A stretch of 64,000 bases of DNA from an uncultured bacterium. GTDB lineage: Bacteria; Acidobacteriota; Aminicenantia; Aminicenantales; Saccharicenantaceae. Under the pieces are notes generated by a model. That model ran no database searches, had not been told where the DNA came from, and was given only the letters and a program-made list of their open reading frames with translations. Positions 9,103 through 17,705 of this stretch are shown in pieces (the stretch's first letter is position 1; every line of letters starts with the position of its first letter). A program made the translations under genes and the position numbers. The stretch spans positions 1,712 to 65,711 of the forward strand of contig CAWDSL010000012.1 in the NCBI GenBank assembly GCA_963805015.1. Reading direction: 5' to 3'.

Positions 9103-10146
9103 GGCTTCTCGAGGGTCACGGCGCGGGGCGGTATGGCCAGCTTGATCCCTCCGGCGATAGCGCTGGTGGAGCTTCTCGAGGAAGATCGTACCGAGGCGGT
9201 ACATCTCCCGGAACTCCTTGACCGGGAGATGACCGAAAGCGGACGCCGAGCTCGGTGAAGGGCGTGAAGCGGAAGGCGGGCTCGAAGGGGATGCGCTCCG
9301 GCCAGCCAGGACCTCGCGGGCGACCTCGACGGTGACCCGCTCGACCAGGGCCAGGTCGCTGTCGAAGGCCACGACGACGGGGAGGAAGAGCCCCATCTCC
9401 TGCTCCGGCAGATGGGTGTTGGTGTAGATAGCCGCGGCCAGCTTGGCGTTGGGGACGACGACCATGTTGTCCTCGGGGGCCCGGATGGTCGTGTTGCGCC
9501 AGGTGATGTCGCAGACCTCGCCCTCCTCCCCCGTGTCCAGGCGAATGTAGTCGCCCGGCCGGATCTTGCGGGTCATCAGGATGTTCAGCCCGGCGAAGAG
9601 GTTGGAGAGCGTGTCCTGCAGGGCCAGGGCCACGGCCAGGCCGCTGACGCCGAGGGCCGTGAGGAGCGGCGCGATGGAGACGCCGAGATAGTCGAGGACG
9701 AGCACGAAGCCGATGAGATAGATGAGGCCCGCGGCGAAGTTCTTGAAGATCGACGAGGGCACCTCGATCTTGCGGTCGATGTAGACGTGGATGGCCTTGC
9801 GGGCCATCCGGGTGAAGAAGACGGCCGCCGACAGGATGCCCAGGACGCCGATCGTGCGGCGGACGACGAGCCCGATCTCGGGGCGGAGCGGGACGAAGCG
9901 CAGGACGACGGCCAGGCCGATGAGCAGGAACCAGGGCACGACCAGGCCCTTCATCGAATCGACGAGGATGTCGTCCCATTCGGAGGCCGAGCGCTTGGCC
10001 CAGGCGTGGATCGTCGAGGCGAAGACCTTCTGGACGACCAGGCCGAGGACGACGGCCAGGACCAGGATGCCGGCCATGAGGAGAAGACGGAAGAGATCGA
10101 AGGCCGGGATGGCGGCGACGGCGGCCGCGGGGTCCTGGACGTTCAC
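9099..10146 (-). CDS. MscS-family mechanosensitive channel, about 3 frame breaks in the last 250 bp
   Basis: Part of the 1081-aa ORF 8815..12060. Only the stretch from GTG 10146 (GTGA overlap with the nrdJ stop) looks like MscS (TALGVSGLAVALALQDTLSNLFAGLNILMTRKIRPGDYI). The C-terminal pieces IPFEPAFRFTPFTELGVRF / PVKEFREMYRLGTIFLEKLHQRY / GGIKLAIPPRAVTLEKP lie in three frames, switching near 9300, 9225 and 9155. Confidence 0.75.
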
Positions 10147-12227
10147 GCGCACTTGCTCCAGCCGCAGTTGTTGCAGACGGGGCACTTCTCGTCGGGCAGG
10201 AGCGCGCCGCAGATCTTGCAGCGGACGGTGTAGAAGTCCTTGGCGTTGTGCTTGACCTCGCCGAAGTGCTTCTCGAGGACCTTGGCGATGGCGTCGGGGA
10301 TGCTCTGGATGAGCCCGCCCTCGGTGAAGATGGGCTCCGAGCCGCCGATGCCCTTGAGCTGGGCGATGACCTCCTCGGCCTCGACGCCGCTGCGCAGGGC
10401 GGTCGAGATGAGGCGGCCGAGGGCCTCGGCGTCGGCCATGGTCGAGTACCCGCTCTTCCCGATCGAGGCGAAGACCTCGAAAGGCTTCTGGTTGTGGAAC
10501 GAGATGGTCACGTAGAGGTTGCCGAAGCCGGTCTTGATCTTGTCCGTGACGGAGGGCAGGGAGTCGGGCCGGCCGACGGGGTGCTTGATCTCGGTGCCGT
10601 TCTTGTAGAGGACCTGGCTCTCGCGGCAGCCGTCGCGGTAGATGGTGATGCCCTTGGTGCCCAGGTCCCAGGCCAGCCGGTAGGCCTTCTCGACGTCGTC
10701 GACCGCGGCCTCGTGGGGGAAGTTGATGGTCTTGGAGACGGAGTTGTCGACGTGCTTCTGGAAGGCGGCCTGGGTCTTGATGTGCCATTCGGGCGCGATC
10801 TCGTGGGCGGCCTTGAACCACTCCGGCAGGGGCTTGCCGGGGTTCTTCTCCTTCCACTCGGCGTAGATGGGGTGGACGTCCTTGAGCTCGGAGTCGATGA
10901 TCTTCGAGGTCACCTCGAAGGCGAAGACGGGCTCGATCGAGGACGAGCAGCCGGCGATCCGCGAGATGGTCCCGGTCGGGGCGATGGTGAAGACCGTGGC
11001 GTTGCGCATCTTGCCGCCCTTGTAGGCCGACTGGGCGATGGCCGGGAACGAGCCGCGCTCGCCGGCCAGGTCGCGCGAGGCGGCCGTGGCCTCGGTCCTG
11101 AGGAAGGCGGCGACCTTGTCGGCCAGGGCCAGGGCCTTGGGCGAGTCGTAGCGGACCTTCAGGAGCAGGAGCAGGTCGGCCCAGCCCATGACGCCGAGGC
11201 CGATGCGGCGCGAGGCCCGGGTCGTCTTGTCGATCTCGGGCAGCGGGTAGCGGTTGACGTCGATGACGTCGTCGAGGAAGCGGACGCCGAGCCGGATGAC
11301 GGCGCGGAAGCGGTCCCAGTCGAAATGGTCCTTGGCCTTGGCGGCGAAGAAGTTGGCCAGGTTGATCGAGCCGAGGTTGCACGACTCGTAGTCGTGGAGG
11401 GGCTGCTCGCCGCAGGGATTGGTGGCCCGGATGGGGCCGAGCCCGGCGGTCGGGTTGCCGGCGTTGATGCGGTCGATGAAGATCAGGCCGGGGTCGCCGA
11501 TGGCCCAGGCCGACTCGACGATGAGCTGGAAGACCTTGCGGGCGTCCTTCTGGCCGGCGGGGGTGCCGAGGTGGGGGTCGACGAGGTCGTAGGACGTGCC
11601 GGCGGCGAGGGCGGCCATGAAAGCGTCGGTGACGGCGACGGAGATGTTGAAGTTCGCGACCGAGGCGCCGTCGAGCTTCATCTGGACGAATTCCTCGATG
11701 TCCGGGTGGTCGACGCGGAGGATGCCCATGTTGGCGCCGCGGCGGGTGCCGCCCTGCTTGACCGCTTCGGTGGCGGCGTCGATGACCTTGAGGAACGAGA
11801 CCGGGCCGGAGGCGACGCCCTGGGTCTTGCGGACGAAGCTGCCCTTGGGACGGAGGAGGCTGAAGTCGAAGCCCGTGCCGCCCCCTTCTTTGTGGACGAG
11901 GGCGGCGTTCTTGACCGTCTCGAAGATGGAGTCGAGGGAGTCCTCGATGGGCAGGACGAAGCAGGCGGACAGGCACATGCCGCGGCCGGCGCCCGTGAGG
12001 GTCGGGCTGTTGGGCAGGAAGTCGCGGCCGTTCATGGCCTGGAGGAAGAGGTCGGCCCATTTCTTGCGGTCGGCCTTGGACCTCTCGGCCGAGGCGACGT
12101 AGGTCGCGACGCGGCGGAAGAGGTCCTCGGGCGACTTGTCGAGGAGCTCGCCTTTCTCGTTCTTCAGGAAGTAGCGGGCCTTCAGGATCTTCAGGGCGTT
12201 GTCGGAAAAACCGCCGGACGCGGGCAT
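10143..12227 (-). CDS. nrdJ: class II (adenosylcobalamin-dependent) ribonucleotide reductase
   Basis: ORF 10143..12257. Start taken at ATG 12227, with GGAGG 6 nt upstream. Intact 694 aa with typical NrdJ blocks (NPCGEQPL, TIAPTGTIS) and a C-terminal Cys4 zinc ribbon (CKICG..CPVCNNCG). Confidence 0.9.
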   Translation of the reverse strand: MPASGGFSDNALKILKARYFLKNEKGELLDKSPEDLFRRVATYVASAERSKADRKKWADLFLQAMNGRDFLPNSPTLTGAGRGMCLSACFVLPIEDSLDSIFETVKNAALVHKEGGGTGFDFSLLRPKGSFVRKTQGVASGPVSFLKVIDAATEAVKQGGTRRGANMGILRVDHPDIEEFVQMKLDGASVANFNISVAVTDAFMAALAAGTSYDLVDPHLGTPAGQKDARKVFQLIVESAWAIGDPGLIFIDRINAGNPTAGLGPIRATNPCGEQPLHDYESCNLGSINLANFFAAKAKDHFDWDRFRAVIRLGVRFLDDVIDVNRYPLPEIDKTTRASRRIGLGVMGWADLLLLLKVRYDSPKALALADKVAAFLRTEATAASRDLAGERGSFPAIAQSAYKGGKMRNATVFTIAPTGTISRIAGCSSSIEPVFAFEVTSKIIDSELKDVHPIYAEWKEKNPGKPLPEWFKAAHEIAPEWHIKTQAAFQKHVDNSVSKTINFPHEAAVDDVEKAYRLAWDLGTKGITIYRDGCRESQVLYKNGTEIKHPVGRPDSLPSVTDKIKTGFGNLYVTISFHNQKPFEVFASIGKSGYSTMADAEALGRLISTALRSGVEAEEVIAQLKGIGGSEPIFTEGGLIQSIPDAIAKVLEKHFGEVKHNAKDFYTVRCKICGALLPDEKCPVCNNCGWSKCA

Positions 12228-12268
12228 CGGGACCTCCAAGTATCGACGAATTCCCACCCGAGGAAAAT

Positions 12269-12318
12269 TAATCCTAGTGGAATGCTAGGATTATAAGCGG
12301 ACGCGGGCCGGATTGCAA
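12269..12318 (-). promoter_or_regulatory. predicted sigma70-type nrdJ promoter plus overlapping 9-bp-arm palindromic operator
   Basis: On the minus strand: TTGCAA (12318..12313), a 17-nt spacer, then TATAAT (12295..12290). The palindrome TAATCCTAG-N7-CTAGGATTA (12269..12293) overlaps the -10 box and the expected TSS. Confidence 0.5.
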
Positions 12319-12328
12319 CATTTTTTTT

Positions 12329-12445
12329 AATTCGGGGACACAATACCTATTCACCAATTTAATTGGGGGACCTGGTCCATTCTTAAAATAGGTGAATAGG
12401 TACTGTGTCCCCGATTTTTTAACAGGGGATTGTGTCCCCGGTTTT
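12329..12445. repeat. interspersed inverted-repeat element cluster (GGGGACA/TGTCCCC family)
   Basis: Left arm aattcggggacacaatacctattcacc (12329..12355). Right arm ggtgaataggtactgtgtccccgatttt (12391..12418) is its reverse complement with 2 differences (one in the core, one in the A/T flank). A degenerate unit lies between them (12362..12385), and a mini-palindrome ggggattgtgtcccc sits at 12425..12439. Confidence 0.8.
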
Positions 12446-12446
12446 C

Positions 12447-12455
12447 TGGTACAAT
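12447..12455 (+). promoter_or_regulatory. candidate extended -10 promoter element (TGgTACAAT)
   Basis: TGGTACAAT lies 27 nt upstream of ATG 12482. I found no convincing -35 element. Confidence 0.3.
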
Positions 12456-12481
12456 CGATGTCCGTCGCAGGGAGTGGAACA

Positions 12482-13006
12482 ATGAGCGAATACGGCGTCA
12501 TGGACAAGCTGGAGCGGCCCGAGATCGACGAGGGCGCCTGGGTGGCCCCCGGCGCGGTCCTCGTCGGGAAGATCGCCCTCCGCCGGGGCGCCAGCGTCTG
12601 GTACGGCTGCGTCCTGCGCTCCGACATGGCGGGCGCGGCGATCGTGATCGGCGAGGACTCTAACCTCCAGGACGGCTCGGTCGTCCACGTCGACGAGAAC
12701 CTCCCCTGCCTCATCGGGGCCCGGGTGACCATCGGCCACGGCGCCATCCTGCACGCCTGCGTCGTCGAGGACGAGGCCATGATCGCCATGGGCGCCACGG
12801 TCCTGTCCGGGGCGAGGATCGGCCGCGGCTCGGTCGTCGCCGCCGGGGCCGTCGTCCCCGAGGGCATGGACGTCCCGCCCGGGGTCATCGTCGCCGGCGT
12901 CCCGGCCAAGGTCCGCCGCGAAACGACCGAGGCCGACCGGGCCCGCCTCGAGCACGGCTGGAAGGCCTACGCCCGCCTCCGCGACCTCCATAGATCGGGG
13001 ACATGA
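12482..13006 (+). CDS. gamma-class carbonic anhydrase-like / hexapeptide-repeat (LbH) protein
   Basis: In ORF 12392..13006; ATG 12482 is preceded by GGGAG. The N-terminal extension in the track is a translation of the repeat element. Shows left-handed beta-helix hexapeptide periodicity and YrdA/PaaY-like blocks (SVWYGCVLRSD, IGEDSNLQDGSVVH, IGHGAILHAC). Confidence 0.8.
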   Translation: MSEYGVMDKLERPEIDEGAWVAPGAVLVGKIALRRGASVWYGCVLRSDMAGAAIVIGEDSNLQDGSVVHVDENLPCLIGARVTIGHGAILHACVVEDEAMIAMGATVLSGARIGRGSVVAAGAVVPEGMDVPPGVIVAGVPAKVRRETTEADRARLEHGWKAYARLRDLHRSGT

Positions 13007-13064
13007 TACCAATTTTCCAGGAGGAACATGAGGAAACTGGTGAATGGCACTGTCCCCCATTTTA
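12992..13064. repeat. interspersed inverted-repeat element copy overlapping two gene termini
   Basis: Arms are agatcggggacatgataccaattttcc (12992..13018) and ggtgaatggcactgtcccccatttta (13039..13064). The left arm supplies the last codons and stop of the upstream gene. The right arm covers the annotated HAD start. Confidence 0.75.
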
Positions 13065-13713
13065 GCGGTGATATTCGACCTCGACGGGACGCTGCTCGAC
13101 ACCATCGAGGACATCACCACGGCCTCCAACCGCGTCTACGAGCCCCGCGGACTGGCGCCCTGCAGCCTCGAAGAGATGAAAGCCCTCGTCGGCGACGGCG
13201 CCGAGGAGCTCATCCGCCGGGTGTTCGCCTCTCGCGGCAGGCCGGCGCCCGGCGATGCCGAGGTCACCGATATCCTGAAGGAATACCGCCGGGAGTACGA
13301 GGCGTGCTGGCGCTCCCACAGCCGCCCCTACGACGGCGTCCCCGAGCTGCTCGGCGAATTGAGCCCGCCGCGGCATCAGGACGGCCGTCCTCTCCAACAA
13401 GGCCCAGATGTTCACGGCCCTGATGGCCGAGGAGCTCCTGGCCCCGCACCGTTTCGACATCGTGCGCGGCGCCCGGCCCGGCGTCGCGCTCAAGCCCGAC
13501 CCGGCGCCGGCCCTGGCCCTCGCCGCCGACCTCGGGGTCTCCCCCGCCGACTGCGCCTTCGTCGGCGACACCAACGTCGACATGGCCACGGCCCGCTCGG
13601 CCGGCATGTTCGCCGTCGGGGCGCTCTGGGGCTTCCGCACCGCGGCCGAGCTCACCGCGAACGGCGCCGACGCCCTGATCGCCTCGCCGGACGATCTGCT
13701 CGATCTTATTTAA
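13044..13713 (+). CDS. HAD-superfamily phosphatase (phosphoglycolate phosphatase-like), frame break near 13362
   Basis: The N-terminus (IFDLDGTLLDT, motif I) is in ORF 13044..14651. It continues as RGIRTAVLSNKAQMFTALMAEELL..FVGDTNVDMATA in the frame of ORF 13408..13713. An in-frame GTG at 13068 is an alternative start. Confidence 0.8.
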
Positions 13714-13743
13714 AGGACGCGCGACGCGTCCCGGAGGTCGCCG

Positions 13744-14460
13744 ATGAAACACACCGCCAAGCTCGCCCTCGGCCTCGTTGCCGCCCTGGCCGCCGGCTGG
13801 ATCGCCGGGACCTTCCTGCCCTTGCCCTACCATCTGGCCCTCAACTCCGGGCTCGCTCCCGCCGCACCCCTCCCGCTCGCGGCCTCTCTCCCCTCTCCCC
13901 TCTCCGCCTTCGCCGCGATCCCCGACGTCCGCCAGAGCACCGGCTATACCTGCGGCGTCTCCGCCCTCCAGGCCGTCCTCGCCTACTGGGGCATTTCCGA
14001 GCGCGAGGACCGCCTGGCCGTCCGCCTCCGCAGCACGCCCGAGAACGGCACCCATCCCCTCGACATCCTGCGGGTCGCCCGCGAGTTCGGCCTCACGGCC
14101 GAGCTCCGCGAAGGGCTCGCGCTCGCCGACCTCGAGTCCGCCCTCGGCTCCGGGACGACCGTCATCGTCGACCTCCAGGCCTGGCGCGAGCGCACGGACG
14201 CGCCCTGGACCGAGACCTGGGACGACGGCCACTACATGGTCCTCCTGGCCATGGACGCCGACGCCCTCTACTTCGAGGACCCCTCCCTCCTCGGGGCCCG
14301 CGGCGTCATCCCCCGGGCCGAGTTCGTCGACCGCTGGCACGATTACGAGGGCGACGCGCCCCTGGACCCGACCGACCGGACGTACGTCCACATGGCCATC
14401 TTCCTCAAGGGCGGCAAGCCCCCGGTCGCCTCAGCCTCGACCGTCGAACGGGTTTACTGA
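13744..14460 (+). CDS. membrane-anchored peptidase C39-like (papain-fold) domain protein
   Basis: A 238-aa ORF with an N-terminal TM helix and a Pro/Ala-rich linker. Catalytic-type context QSTGYTCGVSALQAVLAYWG (Cys) and WDDGHYMVLL (His). Confidence 0.7.
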   Translation: MKHTAKLALGLVAALAAGWIAGTFLPLPYHLALNSGLAPAAPLPLAASLPSPLSAFAAIPDVRQSTGYTCGVSALQAVLAYWGISEREDRLAVRLRSTPENGTHPLDILRVAREFGLTAELREGLALADLESALGSGTTVIVDLQAWRERTDAPWTETWDDGHYMVLLAMDADALYFEDPSLLGARGVIPRAEFVDRWHDYEGDAPLDPTDRTYVHMAIFLKGGKPPVASASTVERVY

Positions 14461-14703
14461 CCCGCTCGCCCTTCCCCCCGGGGACACGTCCCGAGCCTCG
14501 AGGGGCAAGTCCCCCCTTCGGCGGCCTCCCTCTCGGGGGGCACTCTCTCCTGGGGTCAGGGGAGGTGAGGGACATTCCCCCCCCCTTTCACCCCCAGCGG
14601 CTATGGACGCCCCATGGGGGTGGCTTAAAATCGGTGCGTCGAACGCGATAGCCGTGCTCAGCCGAGCGCCCTTCGCGTATCGATAGGATAGAAAAGAGGG
14701 CGC

Positions 14704-15075
14704 GTGATGCGCGAGAACAGAAAAGACAAACGGATCGCCGAGGAGAACCGGGTGGTCATCGAGCTGCCCGGGCCCTCCCCCGCGGACGATCCCCGTCTTG
14801 TCAACGCCCTGACCAAGGACATCTCGCTCGGCGGCGCGCGCGTCGTCACGGATCGCGTGTTCGAGGTCGGCGCCTCGCTCCGCATGACCCTCTATCTCTC
14901 GAAATCCAAGCAGATCGTCAAGGCCCGGGGCGATGTTCGTTGGTGCCGCATGGTCGAAGAAGGCCTCTACGAGATCGGGGTCGAGTTCGAGCACGGCATC
15001 CCCACCGGCGTCCTGGTCCTCATCAATCATCTCTACGGAAAAGGCCAGGGCGCGCCGACGTCCGTCCAACCTTGA
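14704..15075 (+). CDS. PilZ domain protein (c-di-GMP receptor-type)
   Basis: A 123-aa ORF with AGAGGG upstream. It has an RxxxR-type motif (NRKDKR) and a D/NxSxxG motif (KDISLGGARV). Confidence 0.75.
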   Translation: MMRENRKDKRIAEENRVVIELPGPSPADDPRLVNALTKDISLGGARVVTDRVFEVGASLRMTLYLSKSKQIVKARGDVRWCRMVEEGLYEIGVEFEHGIPTGVLVLINHLYGKGQGAPTSVQP

Positions 15076-15086
15076 AGGAGGTCCCC

Positions 15087-16397
15087 ATGAGTCCCAACCC
15101 CGAACTCAACATCGAGCCCACGGCATTCCTCGACGACATCGAGAAGCGCGTCGGCGAGATCTTCTCGGCCCAGAAGAACGAGGTCGAGCAGTCCCTGATG
15201 GAGAAGATCAACCGCGAGAAGGAAGAGGCCCAGAAGCGCATCGAGGACGTCAATCGGGAATTCGCCCAGGTCCGCGGCTTCCTCGAAGAGCACAAGCAGG
15301 CCATGGCCGAGCTCCAGACGTCCGAGACCTACCTCCGGGGCGAGATCCGCGGACACTTCGAGCGGGCCTCCAACTACCAGAAGATGATGGAGAACGCCGC
15401 GGCCCTGGCCGGCGACGAGCTCGAAAAGATCGGCGGCCTCAACCGCGAGCTGGAGAAGGTCCGGGTCAAGGCCGAAGAGGAATACGCCAGCCTCAAGAAG
15501 AGCCTGGGCGGCTACGCCGGCATCATCGCCAAGCTGCCCGCCCCGCCCGCGAGCGCGGACACGGACCAGGTCGACTGGAACGAGGAGCTGGGCAAGCTCC
15601 GCAGGGTCCGCGACCTGCTCGCGACGCTCCACCAGCCCGAATCCTCCCCGTCGGTCCCGGCCGCCAACGGCGCGGAGACGACCGCCCCCGCGGCCCATGA
15701 AGCCGAGGAGCTGGCCGCCTCACTGGGTCTCATCGACGAAGATGAAGACGCCGTCCGCGACGACGCCGAATTCGTCCTGGGCACGCCCGCGCCCGCTCCC
15801 GAGCTCGCCGCCGAGGCCTTCCCGGAGATCGCCGACCTCACGGCCGAGATCGAGATCGAGGCCGCCCCCGAGCCCGAGCCTGTCGCCGCCCCCAAGGTCG
15901 ATCCCGCCTTCGAGGCCCTGGCCCGCTACCGTCGGACCGAGCCCGTCAACAACGGCATCGAGATCGGCTTCTATACCGGCGAGACGGTCGCCGTCCTCGA
16001 CGTCGACGGCTTCATGGCCTCTGTCGGCAAGGTCGTCGACAACGCCGGCCAGCTCCACTCCCAGCTCTCGCAGACGTCTTCGGTCAAGGACCTGTTCCTG
16101 CTCAAGCAGGAGATCCTCAACCAGCAGGAGATCCTGAGGAAGCTCTTCTTCCGCGTCGTCCGGTTCTGCGAGAGGGAGAACGGGCGCCTGCCCGATACGC
16201 TCGGCGAGTTCCTGGGCTCCCAGGGCATGAAGGACCTGATCGAGCGGCTGACCATGGCCAACTGGAGCGATCCCTCGGACTTCAAGCCGTTCCAGAACGA
16301 GCTCAAGGCCCTCAAGCGGGCCTTCGAGACCCGCGCCGCGGCCAATCCGCACTATCTCCAGTCGGTCCTCGACCAGGTCGAGGGCAGAGAGAACTGA
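15087..16397 (+). CDS. hypothetical coiled-coil protein
   Basis: In ORF 14940..16397; ATG 15087 is preceded by GAAGGAGG, 11 nt after the PilZ stop. The N-terminal ~150 aa are heptad-rich, followed by an acidic Pro/Ala/Glu linker and a ~150-aa C-terminal domain. No family recognised. Confidence 0.65.
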   Translation: MSPNPELNIEPTAFLDDIEKRVGEIFSAQKNEVEQSLMEKINREKEEAQKRIEDVNREFAQVRGFLEEHKQAMAELQTSETYLRGEIRGHFERASNYQKMMENAAALAGDELEKIGGLNRELEKVRVKAEEEYASLKKSLGGYAGIIAKLPAPPASADTDQVDWNEELGKLRRVRDLLATLHQPESSPSVPAANGAETTAPAAHEAEELAASLGLIDEDEDAVRDDAEFVLGTPAPAPELAAEAFPEIADLTAEIEIEAAPEPEPVAAPKVDPAFEALARYRRTEPVNNGIEIGFYTGETVAVLDVDGFMASVGKVVDNAGQLHSQLSQTSSVKDLFLLKQEILNQQEILRKLFFRVVRFCERENGRLPDTLGEFLGSQGMKDLIERLTMANWSDPSDFKPFQNELKALKRAFETRAAANPHYLQSVLDQVEGREN

Positions 16398-16415
16398 CCC
16401 CAGCGATCGAAGCCG

Positions 16416-16450
16416 AAGGGGCTGTTCCCAGCGGGAACAGCCCCTTTTTA
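16416..16450. terminator. bidirectional Rho-independent terminator
   Basis: The sequence aaGGGGCTGTTCCCagcGGGAACAGCCCCtttttat forms a perfect 12-bp GC-rich stem with a 3-nt loop and a T-run. It lies between convergent genes. Confidence 0.8.
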
Positions 16451-16454
16451 TCTC

Positions 16455-17664
16455 TTAAATAATCTCTAAGTAGTCCTTGTCCGGGAGCTTGGGGAACTTG
16501 GCGTGCGGCTCCTGCTGGTACCAGAACGCCACCGAAGCGATGTCGTCCTGGAGCGGCAGGTAGCGCCCGCCCGTCCGCCAGCCCAGCGCCTGGATGGTCA
16601 CCTTCAGGTCCTTCTCGAACCGGATGGGGTCCATGATGTGCCAGCGGTACAGCCCGAACCTCTGCATGACCTGGTAGTGGCCGTCGCCCCGGATGACCTG
16701 CGGCAGGCCCGCGTAGGGCGTCGTGAACTCGTGGTACTGGATCGAGCCGTCCGGCGCCTTGGCGTCGAAATCGTACGAGCCGCAGAAGTAATCTTCCGTG
16801 CCCGTGCCCGCGATCGTCGGGAACTTGCCAGTCGCCGTCCATGAAGAACTTGATCTCGCCCTCGCCCCACCAGCCGTTGTTGTGGACGCCCCAGGCCATG
16901 TAGGTGCCGACGTAGTGGCCCCAGCCCTTGACGCCGTCGAGGATGGTGTAGACGTCTTTGTACGGCAGCGGGTTGACGCGCCGGAACTGGGCGTGGAAGT
17001 AGGCCGCGTCGTCCGGCACGTCGGTCAGCGTGTAGTTGATCTGGTAGTAGACGGTGAACTGGTTGGTCGTCGGCGCCTCGTTCGGCCGCGGCTTGGCGCC
17101 GATGTTCTCGAGGGTCATCTTGAAGCCCTTGCGGAAGGGCATCTCCCAGTAGCAGTTGAAGGCGCTGCCGGGATTGACGCAGACGGGGAGCGACGTGACC
17201 TGGGCGTACTGGCCCCAGCCGCTGGCGAAGAAATCGCCGACGGGGCACTCGACCGAGGGCTCGGTCTCGCCGTCCCAATAGATGCGCAGGATGGCGTGGC
17301 GCCAGGTGCCGGCGGGCGTCAGCCAGATCTGCTGGATGGCCCCCTCGCCCTTGACGTCGGCCATGACGAAGGTCTCCCCGGCCGGGACCCGGACGTAGGG
17401 CGAGACCTTCCAGCCCTGCCCGAGGTCGCGGGCCGCGCTCATGGCCGGCCCGTCGGTCGACATGGCGGCCTTGCCCTTCTCGCCCGTGAAGTTCTCCGGG
17501 CTGATGGACCGGGTCTGCGCCTTCGACAGGCGCGACAGGTTGCCCAGGCCCATGCCCAGTCCGTTGAAGCTCTTGTCCTTGTCGCTCTGCGGGGCCGCGG
17601 CCGCCGCGAAGACCGCGAACATCAGCACGGCCAGCCCGGCCTTGATCAGGATCGCTTTGTTCAT
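16455..17664 (-). CDS. DUF2961-like secreted protein (GH172-like fold family), frame break near 16830
   Basis: ORF 16312..17664 gives the signal peptide and N-terminal ~280 aa (..WWGEGEIKFFMDGD). It continues as KFPTIAGTGTEDYFCGSYDF..RFGLYRWHIMDPIRF..KDYLEII in the frame of ORF 16455..16667. The junction is at gactggcaag (about 16828-16832). Confidence 0.75.
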
Positions 17665-17705
17665 GCCTGCCCTCCTGTGGATTTCGGGCCCATTTTATTC
17701 CGGAT

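Noticed and set aside
8815-12060. A 1081-aa ORF on the minus strand, the longest in the track.
   Set aside because: Only its 3' third (from GTG 10146 down) reads like a real protein, namely MscS. The upstream two thirds is an Arg/Pro/Gly-rich alternative frame of nrdJ (RPRHVPVRLLRPAHRG..), typical of spurious open frames in high-GC DNA.
12228-12330. A cobalamin riboswitch or NrdR boxes upstream of nrdJ.
   Set aside because: The predicted leader is only ~60 nt, which is too short for a B12 riboswitch. I also see no B12-box-like sequence and no paired AT-rich 16-bp NrdR-type palindromes, only the TAATCCTAG palindrome reported separately.
12392-12481. The shared peptide NRYCVPE/DF at the start of ORFs 12392..13006, 16604..17734 and within 12274..12909, read as a conserved protein motif.
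   Set aside because: It is simply the translation of the interspersed DNA repeat (ggtgaataggta..tgtccccga) in different contexts. The real gamma-CA-like CDS starts at 12482 with an RBS.
13028-13423. ORF 13028..13423 (131 aa), which has the best RBS in the region (AGGAGG plus 4 nt).
   Set aside because: Its translation (MRKLVNGTVPHFSGDIRPRRDAARHHRGHHHG..) is an Arg/His-rich off-frame reading of the HAD gene. It is kept only as a hint that the HAD 5' end may contain an indel.
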